Of a stretch of 24,796 nucleotides of DNA, positions 8,918-17,900 are shown piece by piece. The position numbers were made by a program, and so were the translations under genes. The DNA comes from Planctomycetia bacterium (GTDB taxonomy: Bacteria; Planctomycetota; Planctomycetia; Pirellulales; JALHPA01). Within the stretch, counting starts at the first letter, position 1; every line of letters begins with the position of its first letter. The stretch is from contig JAYTAU010000343.1 in the NCBI GenBank assembly GCA_043737375.1, forward strand, positions 1 to 24,796, given 5' to 3'. The notes under the pieces are model-generated. The model searched no databases. It saw only the letters and a program-made list of their open reading frames with translations, and was not told the origin of the DNA.

Positions 8918-9168
8918 CTCGCGCAAAGGCGCGAAGGCGCAAAGGGAGCAGGAACATTCTGGTTCATCAAGAATCTAGCAAGCTCTAACAAAATATTTTG
9001 ATCGGATGGCACTGTCTTCCCTCACCGCTCGTTACCTCGCTACCTCTCCCAGAGGGAGATGGATAAAGTTATGAGTTCTAAAATTATTATTCTCGTCCAT
9101 TCGTATCCATTCGCGGCCATCATTTCATTCGTGGCCACTCTACTCACTCTTTGCGCCTTAGCGCGAAG
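8918..9168. repeat. flgL/phrB convergent spacer: paired arms enclosing REP-like and solo elements
   Basis: CTCGCGCAAAGGCGCGAAGGCGCAAAG (8918-8944) pairs with CTTTGCGCCTTAGCGCGAAG (9149-9168); 9019-9059 is an inverted copy of 3161-3200; 9098-9117 equals 494-513. Confidence 0.8.
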
Positions 9169-9181
9169 CCCTTGGTTGTGC

Positions 9182-10741
9182 CTATAACGCGCGGATTGAG
9201 CGTAGCGCAGACAGAGCAGCTTGTCGTGCTGCGGCATGATCGACGATCGGCGCGGGATAGTTCTCGCCCAACCGCACGCCGCTCAGCTTTAATAGCATCG
9301 TCGGCGCTTCCCAGGGGCGATGAATCCACTGGTCGGGTAGCTCGGCCAGTTCCGGCACCCAACGCCGCACGTAGGCCCCGCGCGGATCGAACTTTTCGCC
9401 TTGCAACACCGGATTAAAAATGCGAAAGAACGGCGCGGCGTCCGCGCCGCAGCCCGCCGTCCATTGCCATCCGAGGGTATTGTTGGCCAGATCCGCATCG
9501 ACCAGCGTATCCCAAAACCAACTTGCCCCGTGCGTCCACGAAATCAACAGATCTTTGACCAAGAACGAGGCCGCGATCATCCGCACGCGGTTGTGCATCC
9601 AGCCGGTCGTCCACAGCTCGCGCATGCCCGCGTCGACGATCGGATAGCCGGTGCGGCCGCGTTGCCAGGCTTGCAAGCGTTCGTTCGGCGCAGTCCAAGG
9701 AAACGCATCGTAGGCTTCACGCAAACACTTGGCGGACGTGTGTGGAAAATGAACCAACAAATGGTAGGCGAACTCGCGCCAGCCGACTTCGCGCAGATAG
9801 AACTCAGCTGCGGGCCGATATTCGGCCGGTTGTTTCGCCGAAGTAAAGCCGGCACGTGGTTCGCCGGAATTTATCGCTTCGACGGCGGCTTTCGCCTCGT
9901 GCCAAATTTGCCTGGGGCTGATCTCGCCGAAGTGCAGATGCGGCGAGAGCCGCGATGTGCCGCTCGACGACGGATGATCGCGCTCGACTCGGTAATTCAA
10001 CACCGTTTGATCAAGAAACTCATGCAAGCGCCGTTGCGCAGCCGTTTCACCCGGCTGCCACGCAGCGGGAAATTCAGCAGCCCAAGCGAGCGATGGTTCG
10101 AGCGAAAGTTTTACTAGCGGCAGACCGCTTGGCCAAATTATCGGTGCCTGAATGCGCGCGGGTGCAGCGAGCGGTTGTTCGGGGGGCCTGCGCGCCAGGC
10201 AATGTTTCCAAAACGGCGTGAAGACCTGAAACGGTTTGCCTTGCTGTGTCGCGACCTCGTCGGGGTCGAACAGCAATGCGCTGTTGCAACTTTCGCACGC
10301 GATGCCGCGTTGTCGCAACAGCCCCTCGATGCGCGTGTCGCGTTGCCGGATCGCCGGCTCGTAGCGGCGGTTCCAATAGACGGCCGAGGCACCGGTTTCT
10401 TCGATCAATTGTTCCAGCGCGGCCAGCGTGCCGCCGTCGGCGATCGTTTCACCCCGGCGAATGATCAGCTTCGAGCCGACTTGTTCCAGCGAGTGCGATA
10501 GCTTTTCCAACGATTGGTGCAGCCACCAGCGGCCGGCAGCGCCCGCAGGCCAAGCCCCTTCTTCATCCGGTTGCCAGATAAACACCGGCATAACGGGTCC
10601 GCCGCGCGCGATGGCCGCCGCCAGGGCCGGGTTATCCGCTAGTCGCAGATCTTGGCGGAACCAGACTAAGGATAGGGGCCGGGGATCGGGAGTCAGAGGT
10701 CGGAGGAGTGGGGCAGAAAGGGAATTAGCGATTCGCGGCAT
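9182..10741 (-). CDS. phrB: Deoxyribodipyrimidine photolyase (CPD photolyase, class I/III-like)
   Basis: Motifs VWFRQDLRLADNPAL, TSRLSPHLHFGEISPRQIW, LREVGWREF, WQRGRTGYPIVDAGMRELWTTGWMHNRVRMIAASFL, DADLANNTLGWQW.AG.G.DAAPFFRIFNP. Start set at ATG 10741; the ORF extends to 10816. Confidence 0.93.
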   Translation of the reverse strand: MPRIANSLSAPLLRPLTPDPRPLSLVWFRQDLRLADNPALAAAIARGGPVMPVFIWQPDEEGAWPAGAAGRWWLHQSLEKLSHSLEQVGSKLIIRRGETIADGGTLAALEQLIEETGASAVYWNRRYEPAIRQRDTRIEGLLRQRGIACESCNSALLFDPDEVATQQGKPFQVFTPFWKHCLARRPPEQPLAAPARIQAPIIWPSGLPLVKLSLEPSLAWAAEFPAAWQPGETAAQRRLHEFLDQTVLNYRVERDHPSSSGTSRLSPHLHFGEISPRQIWHEAKAAVEAINSGEPRAGFTSAKQPAEYRPAAEFYLREVGWREFAYHLLVHFPHTSAKCLREAYDAFPWTAPNERLQAWQRGRTGYPIVDAGMRELWTTGWMHNRVRMIAASFLVKDLLISWTHGASWFWDTLVDADLANNTLGWQWTAGCGADAAPFFRIFNPVLQGEKFDPRGAYVRRWVPELAELPDQWIHRPWEAPTMLLKLSGVRLGENYPAPIVDHAAARQAALSALRSIRAL

Positions 10742-10845
10742 TGCTGGGTGCCAGTGATGAACTAAGCTAAGTGTTGTCGAAACACCGCGACCTACGTTCT
10801 TATCATAGACATTCAATCGTGACCAGCGAGCGTCACGTGTCCTAC

Positions 10846-10946
10846 AGATCCCGGCATTGCCGCGGGGGTCGATCTTGAGAGGGGGTCAAATAGGGCAAGC
10901 GATCGTGGACTGACGGTTGATATATATCCCCCGGCGAAGCCGGGGG
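10846..10946. repeat. Two related GC-rich hairpins (REP-like)
   Basis: Perfect CCCCCGGC-GAA-GCCGGGGG (10928-10946) and degenerate ATCCCGGCATTGCCGCGGGGG (about 10848-10868). Confidence 0.55.
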
Positions 10947-10966
10947 CTGAATATCAGCGGCCAAGT

Positions 10967-11887
10967 CTACTTACTTAGTTTGTCGGAAAGCACGCAACGC
11001 AGGCCCACGGCGTCGTCGCGCAAGTCGTGCGCCGCGCGACGGCGATACGAGCTGGTCAGCCGCTCGGCAGGGTCTTTCCAACTGCCGCTGCGCAACACGC
11101 CGTACGTGCGCGCCCGCTTATCAGATTCGACCGGTTTCGCTTCGCCGACTTGCTCGGCATTTCGGTCGAGCTGGTTGTCGCGCCAAGCGCTGCCGTCGGC
11201 CGGCGCTTGTTCATAATCGTCGTGCCAGTCGTCGGCGCACCATTCCCACAGATAGCCGTGCATGTCGTACAGCTTCCAAGGGTTCGGTTTTTTGGCACCC
11301 ACCGGCGGATCGTTGCCGGCGGCGTTGCCCGTGTGCCAGGCATAGCTGTTGATTTCTTTTGCATCGTCACCGAACGAATAACGCGTGGTCGTGCCGGCTC
11401 GGGCGCAATATTCCCACTCGGCTTCGCTCGGCAGACGCACGACTTGCGACGAGTCAATCAGCTTGGCTGTTTGCAACATTGCCGTGACGGCAGTGCAAAA
11501 TTCAACGGCTTCATCGAACGAAAGAACTTCGACCGCATTCCGCGGGCCTTGCCAGCGGCTGGGGTTTTTGCCCATCACCGCAGTCCACACGTCCTGAGTG
11601 ACTTCGTAGCGCCCAATCGAGAATGCGTGCTTCAGTCGCACGCGATGGGCCGGCGTGTCGGAAGTCTGTTTCTGCTTGCCCGTCGCACTTCGGTCGGCCG
11701 ATTCCCCCATCATAAACTCGGCGGGAAACGGACCCTTGCCCGGCGTGACGGACTCGAACTCTTCGCGAAAGACCTTGAGCAGCTTGAGTTGCTCGGGCGT
11801 CGGTTCGGCAGCGGAAATCGCGACCGCGAATGACAGCGATAGCAAAGCTGTCAGCACGGTAAACCGTCGGTTCAACGAGGTATGCAC
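10967..11887 (-). CDS. Secreted FGE-sulfatase-domain (SUMF1/EgtB/PvdO family) protein, probably without formylglycine-generating activity
   Basis: Motifs F.MGES, PAHRVRL...F.IGRYEVTQ, RLPSEAEWEYCARAG, KPNPWKLYDMHGYLWEWCAD, RSGSW, GLRCV. A signal-peptide-like stretch follows GTG 11887. The ORF extension to 11986 is a palindrome. Confidence 0.85.
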   Translation of the reverse strand: MHTSLNRRFTVLTALLSLSFAVAISAAEPTPEQLKLLKVFREEFESVTPGKGPFPAEFMMGESADRSATGKQKQTSDTPAHRVRLKHAFSIGRYEVTQDVWTAVMGKNPSRWQGPRNAVEVLSFDEAVEFCTAVTAMLQTAKLIDSSQVVRLPSEAEWEYCARAGTTTRYSFGDDAKEINSYAWHTGNAAGNDPPVGAKKPNPWKLYDMHGYLWEWCADDWHDDYEQAPADGSAWRDNQLDRNAEQVGEAKPVESDKRARTYGVLRSGSWKDPAERLTSSYRRRAAHDLRDDAVGLRCVLSDKLSK

Positions 11888-11924
11888 CCCGTTCGCTATG
11901 CCGTGCTGAGGCCATTCGAAAATT

Positions 11925-11993
11925 GCCGCGAATAAACGCGAATAAACGCAAATCGGCAATTCTGATTTGCGTTTATTCGCGTTCATTTGCGGC
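11925..11993. repeat. Near-perfect 30-bp palindrome with 10-nt periodic arms
   Basis: GCCGCGAATAAACGCGAATAAACGCAAATC (11925-11954), 9-nt loop, GATTTGCGTTTATTCGCGTTCATTTGCGGC (11964-11993); 28/30 paired. Confidence 0.9.
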
Positions 11994-12051
11994 TACTTTA
12001 GATTGCATTTGAGCTGGTCAGACGATCGGGCTAGCCAATAGTGCCTTACGT

Positions 12052-13059
12052 TCAACTCCCGTTCTTGCTGGGCGCGGCATCGATGAAGTTGCCGTCGCGA
12101 AACGCTTGCGCCATGGCCCGCGGAACCTCGGCCTCGGCCATGATCACCCGCGCACGATTCTCTGAAACCGCGGCCTTCATCTCCTGCTCGCGAGCGATGG
12201 CCGCCGCGCGGCGCTCCTCGGCCTTGGCACGGGCCACGCGCGTGTCGGCCTCGGCCTGATCGGCTTGCAGACGGGCGCCGATGTTCTCGCCCACGTCGAT
12301 GTCGGCGATATCGATCGAAACGATTTCGAAGGCCGTGTTGGCATCCAGTCCGCGCTTGAGCACCGCTTTCGAAATACGATCCGGCGTTTCCATCACTTCC
12401 AAGTGGCTGACCGAAGAACCGATGGCGGTGATGATGCCTTCGCCGACGCGCGCGATGATCGTCTCTTCGGTCGCTCCGCCGATGAGCTGTTGCAGATTGG
12501 TGCGGACGGTCACTCGGGCGCGAATCTTGAGCTCGACGCCGTTTTTGGCGATCGCGCTCAGCGTCGACTTGCGGCTGTTGTTCACATCGGGACAATCGAT
12601 CACTTTAGGATTGACGCTGGTCTGCACCGCGTCGAGCACGTCGCGTCCGGCCAGGTCGATCGCCGCGGCCCGATCGAAGTCCAAGTCGATATTTGCGCGA
12701 TGCGCGGCGATGATGGCGCGAACCACGCGCGGCACATCGCCGCCGGCCAGGTAATGCGCTTCGAGCCGGCGGGTGGTGATGGGCGAGCCGGGGTCGTTAC
12801 CCACGCCGGCTTGCATGGCCATGATTTTCGACTGCACGATCACGCGCGCGTTGACCTGGCGAAAGCTCATGCCGATCAGGCTCATCAAGCTGACCCGCGC
12901 GTTCGACATGTATGCCTGAAACCAGATCTTGCCGTAAGTCAAAGCGACGACCAGCAACACCAGCGCCAACACGACCAAGATCGTTCCGCCCACCATCAGG
13001 TAGACCATCGTCATGCGGTCTTGTTGTTGAGCGAACAGCAGTAGCGAAGTTGCAAACAT
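12052..13059 (-). CDS. floA: Flotillin-like protein FloA (YqfA/UPF0365 family)
   Basis: N-terminal TM helix, then [90 protein letters not shown]. Confidence 0.93.
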   Translation of the reverse strand: MFATSLLLFAQQQDRMTMVYLMVGGTILVVLALVLLVVALTYGKIWFQAYMSNARVSLMSLIGMSFRQVNARVIVQSKIMAMQAGVGNDPGSPITTRRLEAHYLAGGDVPRVVRAIIAAHRANIDLDFDRAAAIDLAGRDVLDAVQTSVNPKVIDCPDVNNSRKSTLSAIAKNGVELKIRARVTVRTNLQQLIGGATEETIIARVGEGIITAIGSSVSHLEVMETPDRISKAVLKRGLDANTAFEIVSIDIADIDVGENIGARLQADQAEADTRVARAKAEERRAAAIAREQEMKAAVSENRARVIMAEAEVPRAMAQAFRDGNFIDAAPSKNGS

Positions 13060-13254
13060 CGAGGGCGATTGGATGGGGATTAAGCGAGGTTGGTTAAAAC
13101 GAAATAAGTAGCCCTAACTATTCGAGGCCGCAGCATTGGCCGGGCCGGCGGCACGCCTGATGAGTTTAGAACTCCTGAACCGGCGATTACCTGTCAGGCT
13201 CAGCTATTAGCATAGCCGCCCTAAGACCGGCAGAACAGCGGTGATGTAAATCGC

Positions 13255-13366
13255 GGGTGCCATGCCCACGGCTTTGCGTGGGCATGTGCAACTGAGCAAA
13301 CTAGAACACTAGATCAAACCGCTACTACGACGTTCATGCCCACTCAGGGCAGTGGGCATGGCACCC
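13255..13366. repeat. REP doublet (REPIN-like)
   Basis: Perfect 15-bp terminal inverted repeats GGGTGCCATGCCCAC (13255-13269) and GTGGGCATGGCACCC (13352-13366); each half contains its own 10-bp-stem, 6-nt-loop hairpin (13261-13286 and 13335-13360). Confidence 0.85.
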
Positions 13367-13375
13367 AGCGTCAAC

Positions 13376-14746
13376 TCAGCCGAACAGCTCGGCGATCGGT
13401 TTGCCGCCGTCGCTGATCGGCACCGGACGCTCACCGTCGTATAGTTCGTCGCTGGGGTTGATGCCCAGGGCGGCGTGAATCGTGGCATGAAAGTCCTGCG
13501 CCGAGACGGGCCGCTCGGCGATGGTTTTACCCAACTCGTCGGTCGTACCGATGGCTTGGCCGGTCTTCAATCCGCCGCCGGCCAACACGCAGCTAAACGC
13601 GCGGTTCTGATGGCCGCGACCGCCGCCGCCGTCGAACTCGGGCGGGCGACCAAATTCGGTGGCGATGACGATCAACGTTTTGTCCAGCATCTTGTGCTTT
13701 TCAAGATCGGTAATCAGCGCCGCGAAACCTTGATCCAACTCTTGAATCAGTTCGTGCTGTTTGAGTTGGCCCTGATTGTGCGTGTCCCAGCCGGTGCCGT
13801 TGACGAAATTGAGATTCGAAGCGACTTCGATGAAGCGCACGCCCGACTGCACCAGCCGACGCGAGAGCAGCAGCCGTTGGCCGAACTCGCTGCCGTAGGC
13901 GTTGCGCAGTGAGTCCGATTCGGTTTTGAGGTCGAATACGCTCATGAACTTCGGCCCCGCCAGACGAAACCCCTCGGCACTCGCCGACGTATAGTCGCGG
14001 AGTGCTTTGTCCGTGTCGGGCGATTGCCGAACGTTGTCGCGCAGCTTGTCGAGCAACGCCTCGCGACGTGCCTGGCGACTGTCCGAGATGATCGGCGCGC
14101 GTTGCAAACCGTTGGGACCGGCTTCGGTTTCGGTGAGGTACACGTAGCCGTATTTCGAGCCGAGAAAGCCCGGCCCGCGCGTCACGTTGGGATAGCCCAT
14201 CACGACGTAAGCGGGTACTCCGTCGCCGGCTGCGCCGCGCTGGTTCGCGACGATCGAACCGATCGACGGGTAAACGATGGTGCCGCTGGTCGGGCGGCCG
14301 GTATGCATCAGATTGGTCGCAGCGGCATGTTCGTCAATCGCCTTGTGAAACACGGTGCGCACCGGCACGCAACGATCCATCAACGGCGCGGTGCGACTGA
14401 GATGTTCGCAAACCTGCACGCCGGCGACGGACGTATCAATGGCGTCGTAGTAGGAGCCGGGCGTTTTGCGGCCGTCCCCCTTTCGCTTGGGATCGAACGT
14501 ATCGATCTGACAAGCACCGCCGCCGAGCCAGATGAAGATGCAGGCCTCGGCCTTGCCCAGGGGGTGCTTGGGATGTTCGGCTTTCTGTTCCGGAGCAGCG
14601 TCAGCCTGCTTTGCCGCAGCATCATTGTCGGCCGCAAATGCGGCGAGCGGCGACAGACCGCCCAACAGCGAGAGGGCCGGCATGGTCGCGGTCGCAGCAG
14701 CGGCCCGGGAGAGGAATTGACGACGACTACTGGGAAGATTAGGCAT
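13376..14746 (-). CDS. DUF1501-domain protein with twin-arginine (Tat) signal
   Basis: N-terminal SRRQFL Tat motif; [43 protein letters not shown]...G/MLDKTL....TEFGR.P, GRGH, GGG...G..IG.TD. Confidence 0.92.
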   Translation of the reverse strand: MPNLPSSRRQFLSRAAAATATMPALSLLGGLSPLAAFAADNDAAAKQADAAPEQKAEHPKHPLGKAEACIFIWLGGGACQIDTFDPKRKGDGRKTPGSYYDAIDTSVAGVQVCEHLSRTAPLMDRCVPVRTVFHKAIDEHAAATNLMHTGRPTSGTIVYPSIGSIVANQRGAAGDGVPAYVVMGYPNVTRGPGFLGSKYGYVYLTETEAGPNGLQRAPIISDSRQARREALLDKLRDNVRQSPDTDKALRDYTSASAEGFRLAGPKFMSVFDLKTESDSLRNAYGSEFGQRLLLSRRLVQSGVRFIEVASNLNFVNGTGWDTHNQGQLKQHELIQELDQGFAALITDLEKHKMLDKTLIVIATEFGRPPEFDGGGGRGHQNRAFSCVLAGGGLKTGQAIGTTDELGKTIAERPVSAQDFHATIHAALGINPSDELYDGERPVPISDGGKPIAELFG

Positions 14747-14768
14747 TCAACGAGATTCTAAAAGATTA

Positions 14769-14958
14769 GCCGCGAATGGGTTCGAATGGGGAAGGAAGGA
14801 ATTGAACCACAAAGTCACAGAGGACACAGAGCGAAGAAATGGGGAAAGGCGAATGGGGAGTAGCATGGGACATCCAGCCGTACAACGCCTTTTCATTCCC
14901 CCCATTCCCTATTCCAATTCTCTCATTCAATTCTCCGTGCTCTCTGTGACTCTGTGGT
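14769..14958. repeat. DUF1553/DUF1501 spacer: paired arms with nested 7-mer arrays
   Basis: ACCACAAAGTCACAGAGGACACAGAG (14806-14831) pairs with CTCCGTGCTCTCTGTGACTCTGTGGT (14933-14958) at 22/26; inner AATGGGG-type and CCCATT-type arrays; solo GCCGCGAATGGGTTCGAATGGG (14769-14790). Confidence 0.82.
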
Positions 14959-14967
14959 GAATACACT

Positions 14968-17900
14968 TCAGGGAACAAACACAAACTCGGGCGAATTGAC
15001 CAACGCCCAGACCATATCTTCGGCCCGTTCGCGCCATTCGCTCTGCAATTGCGGAGACGGCGGGTCGCCCGAGCGGACGGCCCGTTCGAGCTCGAGCTTG
15101 ATCCGCGACGCATCGGGGCTGAGGTGATTGGCCCACGACACGGCGTTGCGACGATCGGCGATGACGAACTTCGTGGGCGTGGTGTTCGAGCGGCGACGAT
15201 CGTAGCCTTCATTCAACAGACCGACGAACAGTTGCAACTCGTCGGCGGCGGGCGGACGCGACAGCAACTGAAGATAAACATCGCGCACGAACGCCTTGAC
15301 CGATTGCTCTTTCAGGGCCAGCCGGGTGATGGCGCTATCTTCCGATAAACTGGCCACGCGCGTGCCGACAACGCCGTTGGCCAGCACCAGCGGCTGCAAC
15401 ACGTTGGGCGAATCGTCGCGAATACTCAGCGGGTTCTGTCGCGATTCACGCCAGCCGAAGGTCGTCAGCACATCGAGCATGCTTTGAGCCACTGGCAGCG
15501 ACAACGCGGGACGATCGCGCTCGTTCGAAAGCGAGGCAAACTGCCAACCGCGGGTCGGCACGCCCATGCTGAAGAAAGTTTTGGCCGGGTTGCGGCCGGC
15601 CGGATCGAAGGTCAGCTCTTCGCTATTCAACGATTTATCGACCGCGACGAATAGCGAATCCAAAACTTGCTCGGCAGACATCCGGCGCCGTGCGGGACCG
15701 ATCGGAACGGCCGAGCCGGCGCTGCCATCGACCTGCCGTTGATAAACTTGCGACAAGAAGATCGTGCGGGCCAGCTGCTTCATGTCGTAACCGTGGGTCA
15801 CGAAATCGCGCGATAAAAATTCCAGCAGTTCGGGATGCGGAGTTTCGATATTGGTCCAATCATCGACGCTGTCGACCAGCCCCCAGCCCAAATAACGCGT
15901 CCAAACGCGGTTGACCAGCACATTGGCAAAGCGTTCGTTTTCGGCCGAGGTCAACAGTGCGGCCGCCAACTCGCGCGTATCGTCCGGGTTGCGCAGCACG
16001 CCCTCGGGCAGTTCGTGTTTGGTCAGTTGATCGAAGGGCCAGACCGGCTCGATTTTGTCGCCCGGCTTCAGCGTGATCGACAGCGCCGGTTTGCGCCCGC
16101 CGGCCACGATCGGCACGGTGCTGGTCTTCGGCAGCGTTTGCGTCTTGCGCGACAACATGGCCGCGACACTGAACGTGTCTTTCTGTTTGAACGGATGATA
16201 AGGGGCATCGTGGCAGCGCGCGCACTTCAGATCGACGGCCAAGAATGCCTTGGCCAGCACGTGCGCCTTTTCGGCCATCGGCGCGTCGTTTTGCGATGCG
16301 ATGCCGAAGCCGGCCGGCCCGCCATACGTCGGGCTGCCTTCCATCATCACCAGTTCGGTCACAAACCGATCGAGCGGTTTGTTATCGATCAGCGACTCGT
16401 GAATCCACCAGCGAAATGCGCCGGTGTTGTTCAGCTCGGGCTTGAGAATGCCGGGGTTCTCCGCCAGCACGTCTTGCCAGTAACTGGTCCAATGGTCGGC
16501 CCAACGCGGGTCGGCCAACAATCGATCGACGACCTTGCTGCGACGATCAGGGCTTCGATCGGCGATCAAACTTTCAACCTCGTCGCGCGTCGGCACCACA
16601 CCGATCGTGTCGAGCGTCACGCGCCGCAAAAACGTGTAGTCGTCGGTCAGCTCGGTCGGTTCGGCTGGATGAGGTTTTTTATTGAGCTTGGCCGCCAGAA
16701 AGCGATCGATATCGGTTGCTCCGCCGTTCGCGGTCGCCGACGAGGGCACGTCGAGCTTGCGATCGGCCCAATGTTTGCGCGCCAACTCGTGACGTTGTTG
16801 CCAGTATCGGCGTTCGTTGAGATCGGCTAAACGTCGCGCCGCCGTATCGGCGATTTGCAACTGTTGCCGCTGTGCTTTGACATACGTTTGCCAGTTCGAT
16901 TCGCTCAATGCGATCGACGGGGTCGGCGCGAGCAACTTGAACGACGGCTCGCCCGTGTTCGAGGCGCTTTCACCGTTACGCGAGATGCTGAGCGATAGCT
17001 CGCCCAACTCGTGCCGCAGCTTTTGATCGCCGACGATCGTCTCGAGCCGAAACGCGTGCGGCCCGCCGTCCAGTTTGATGGTCGCCATCTGCTCTTGATT
17101 GTCGGCCGGCAGGAAGGCCAAGCCGGGCTCTTTGCTGCTGGGCAGGTCGGGCACGTCGCCGTGGCCGTTGTCGGCCGCTTTGCGAAATTTTGTTTGTGCG
17201 ATCACTAGCCCATCGAGTTGCACCCGCGCCGCGCCGCGGGCTCGCAACAGCAAGCGGTACTCGCCGGCCGGCAGTTGCAAGTTGGCACCGGCCCGCACCA
17301 AGTACGGCCCCGCGCGATCGATCAGGATCGCTTTGTCGTTATACTTTTTCGGCAGACCCGCCAGACCGAACGCGGCCGATTGATACCTCGTCGTCGGCTC
17401 GGATTCGGTAAACTCCCAATTGCGTCCATCGGCAATGCCTTCGAGAATGTCGACGGTCACATGCTTCGAGACCGGGCCGACGGCAATTGCCGGGAGTGCA
17501 GCGGCGGGCGGAGTTTTGACGGCACGGTAATGCCGCTCGATGTCCGACCGCGTCAGCGTCGAGCGATAGACGGCCACCTCGTCGATCAATCCGTCGAACG
17601 AGCTAGTATCGCTACCGGCCATCGACGAGCCGATCCAAAGTTCATCGTCGTCGACGACCGGCGCCCGATCGGTTTCCCCGCCCATGTCCCACAGGCCGTC
17701 GACTTCGACCCCGTCGATATAACCCCGCAGGCTGCCGCCGTCGCCGAATTTGTAGGTCACGGCGATATGATGCCAGCCCGAGTTTTCGAGGAAGCCGACG
17801 TCACTCGTCCAGCGATGCCAACGCCGAGTGTCTTCGACGTTGGATAGGTTGCCGTTGACGGATTTGGTTTTTTTGTCGGTGGCTTTCGACGAATCTTGGG

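Noticed and set aside
8888-9181. Intrinsic terminators at the convergent junctions (flgL/phrB and rarA/rpiB)
   Set aside because: The hairpins present belong to repeat families and lack U-tracts.
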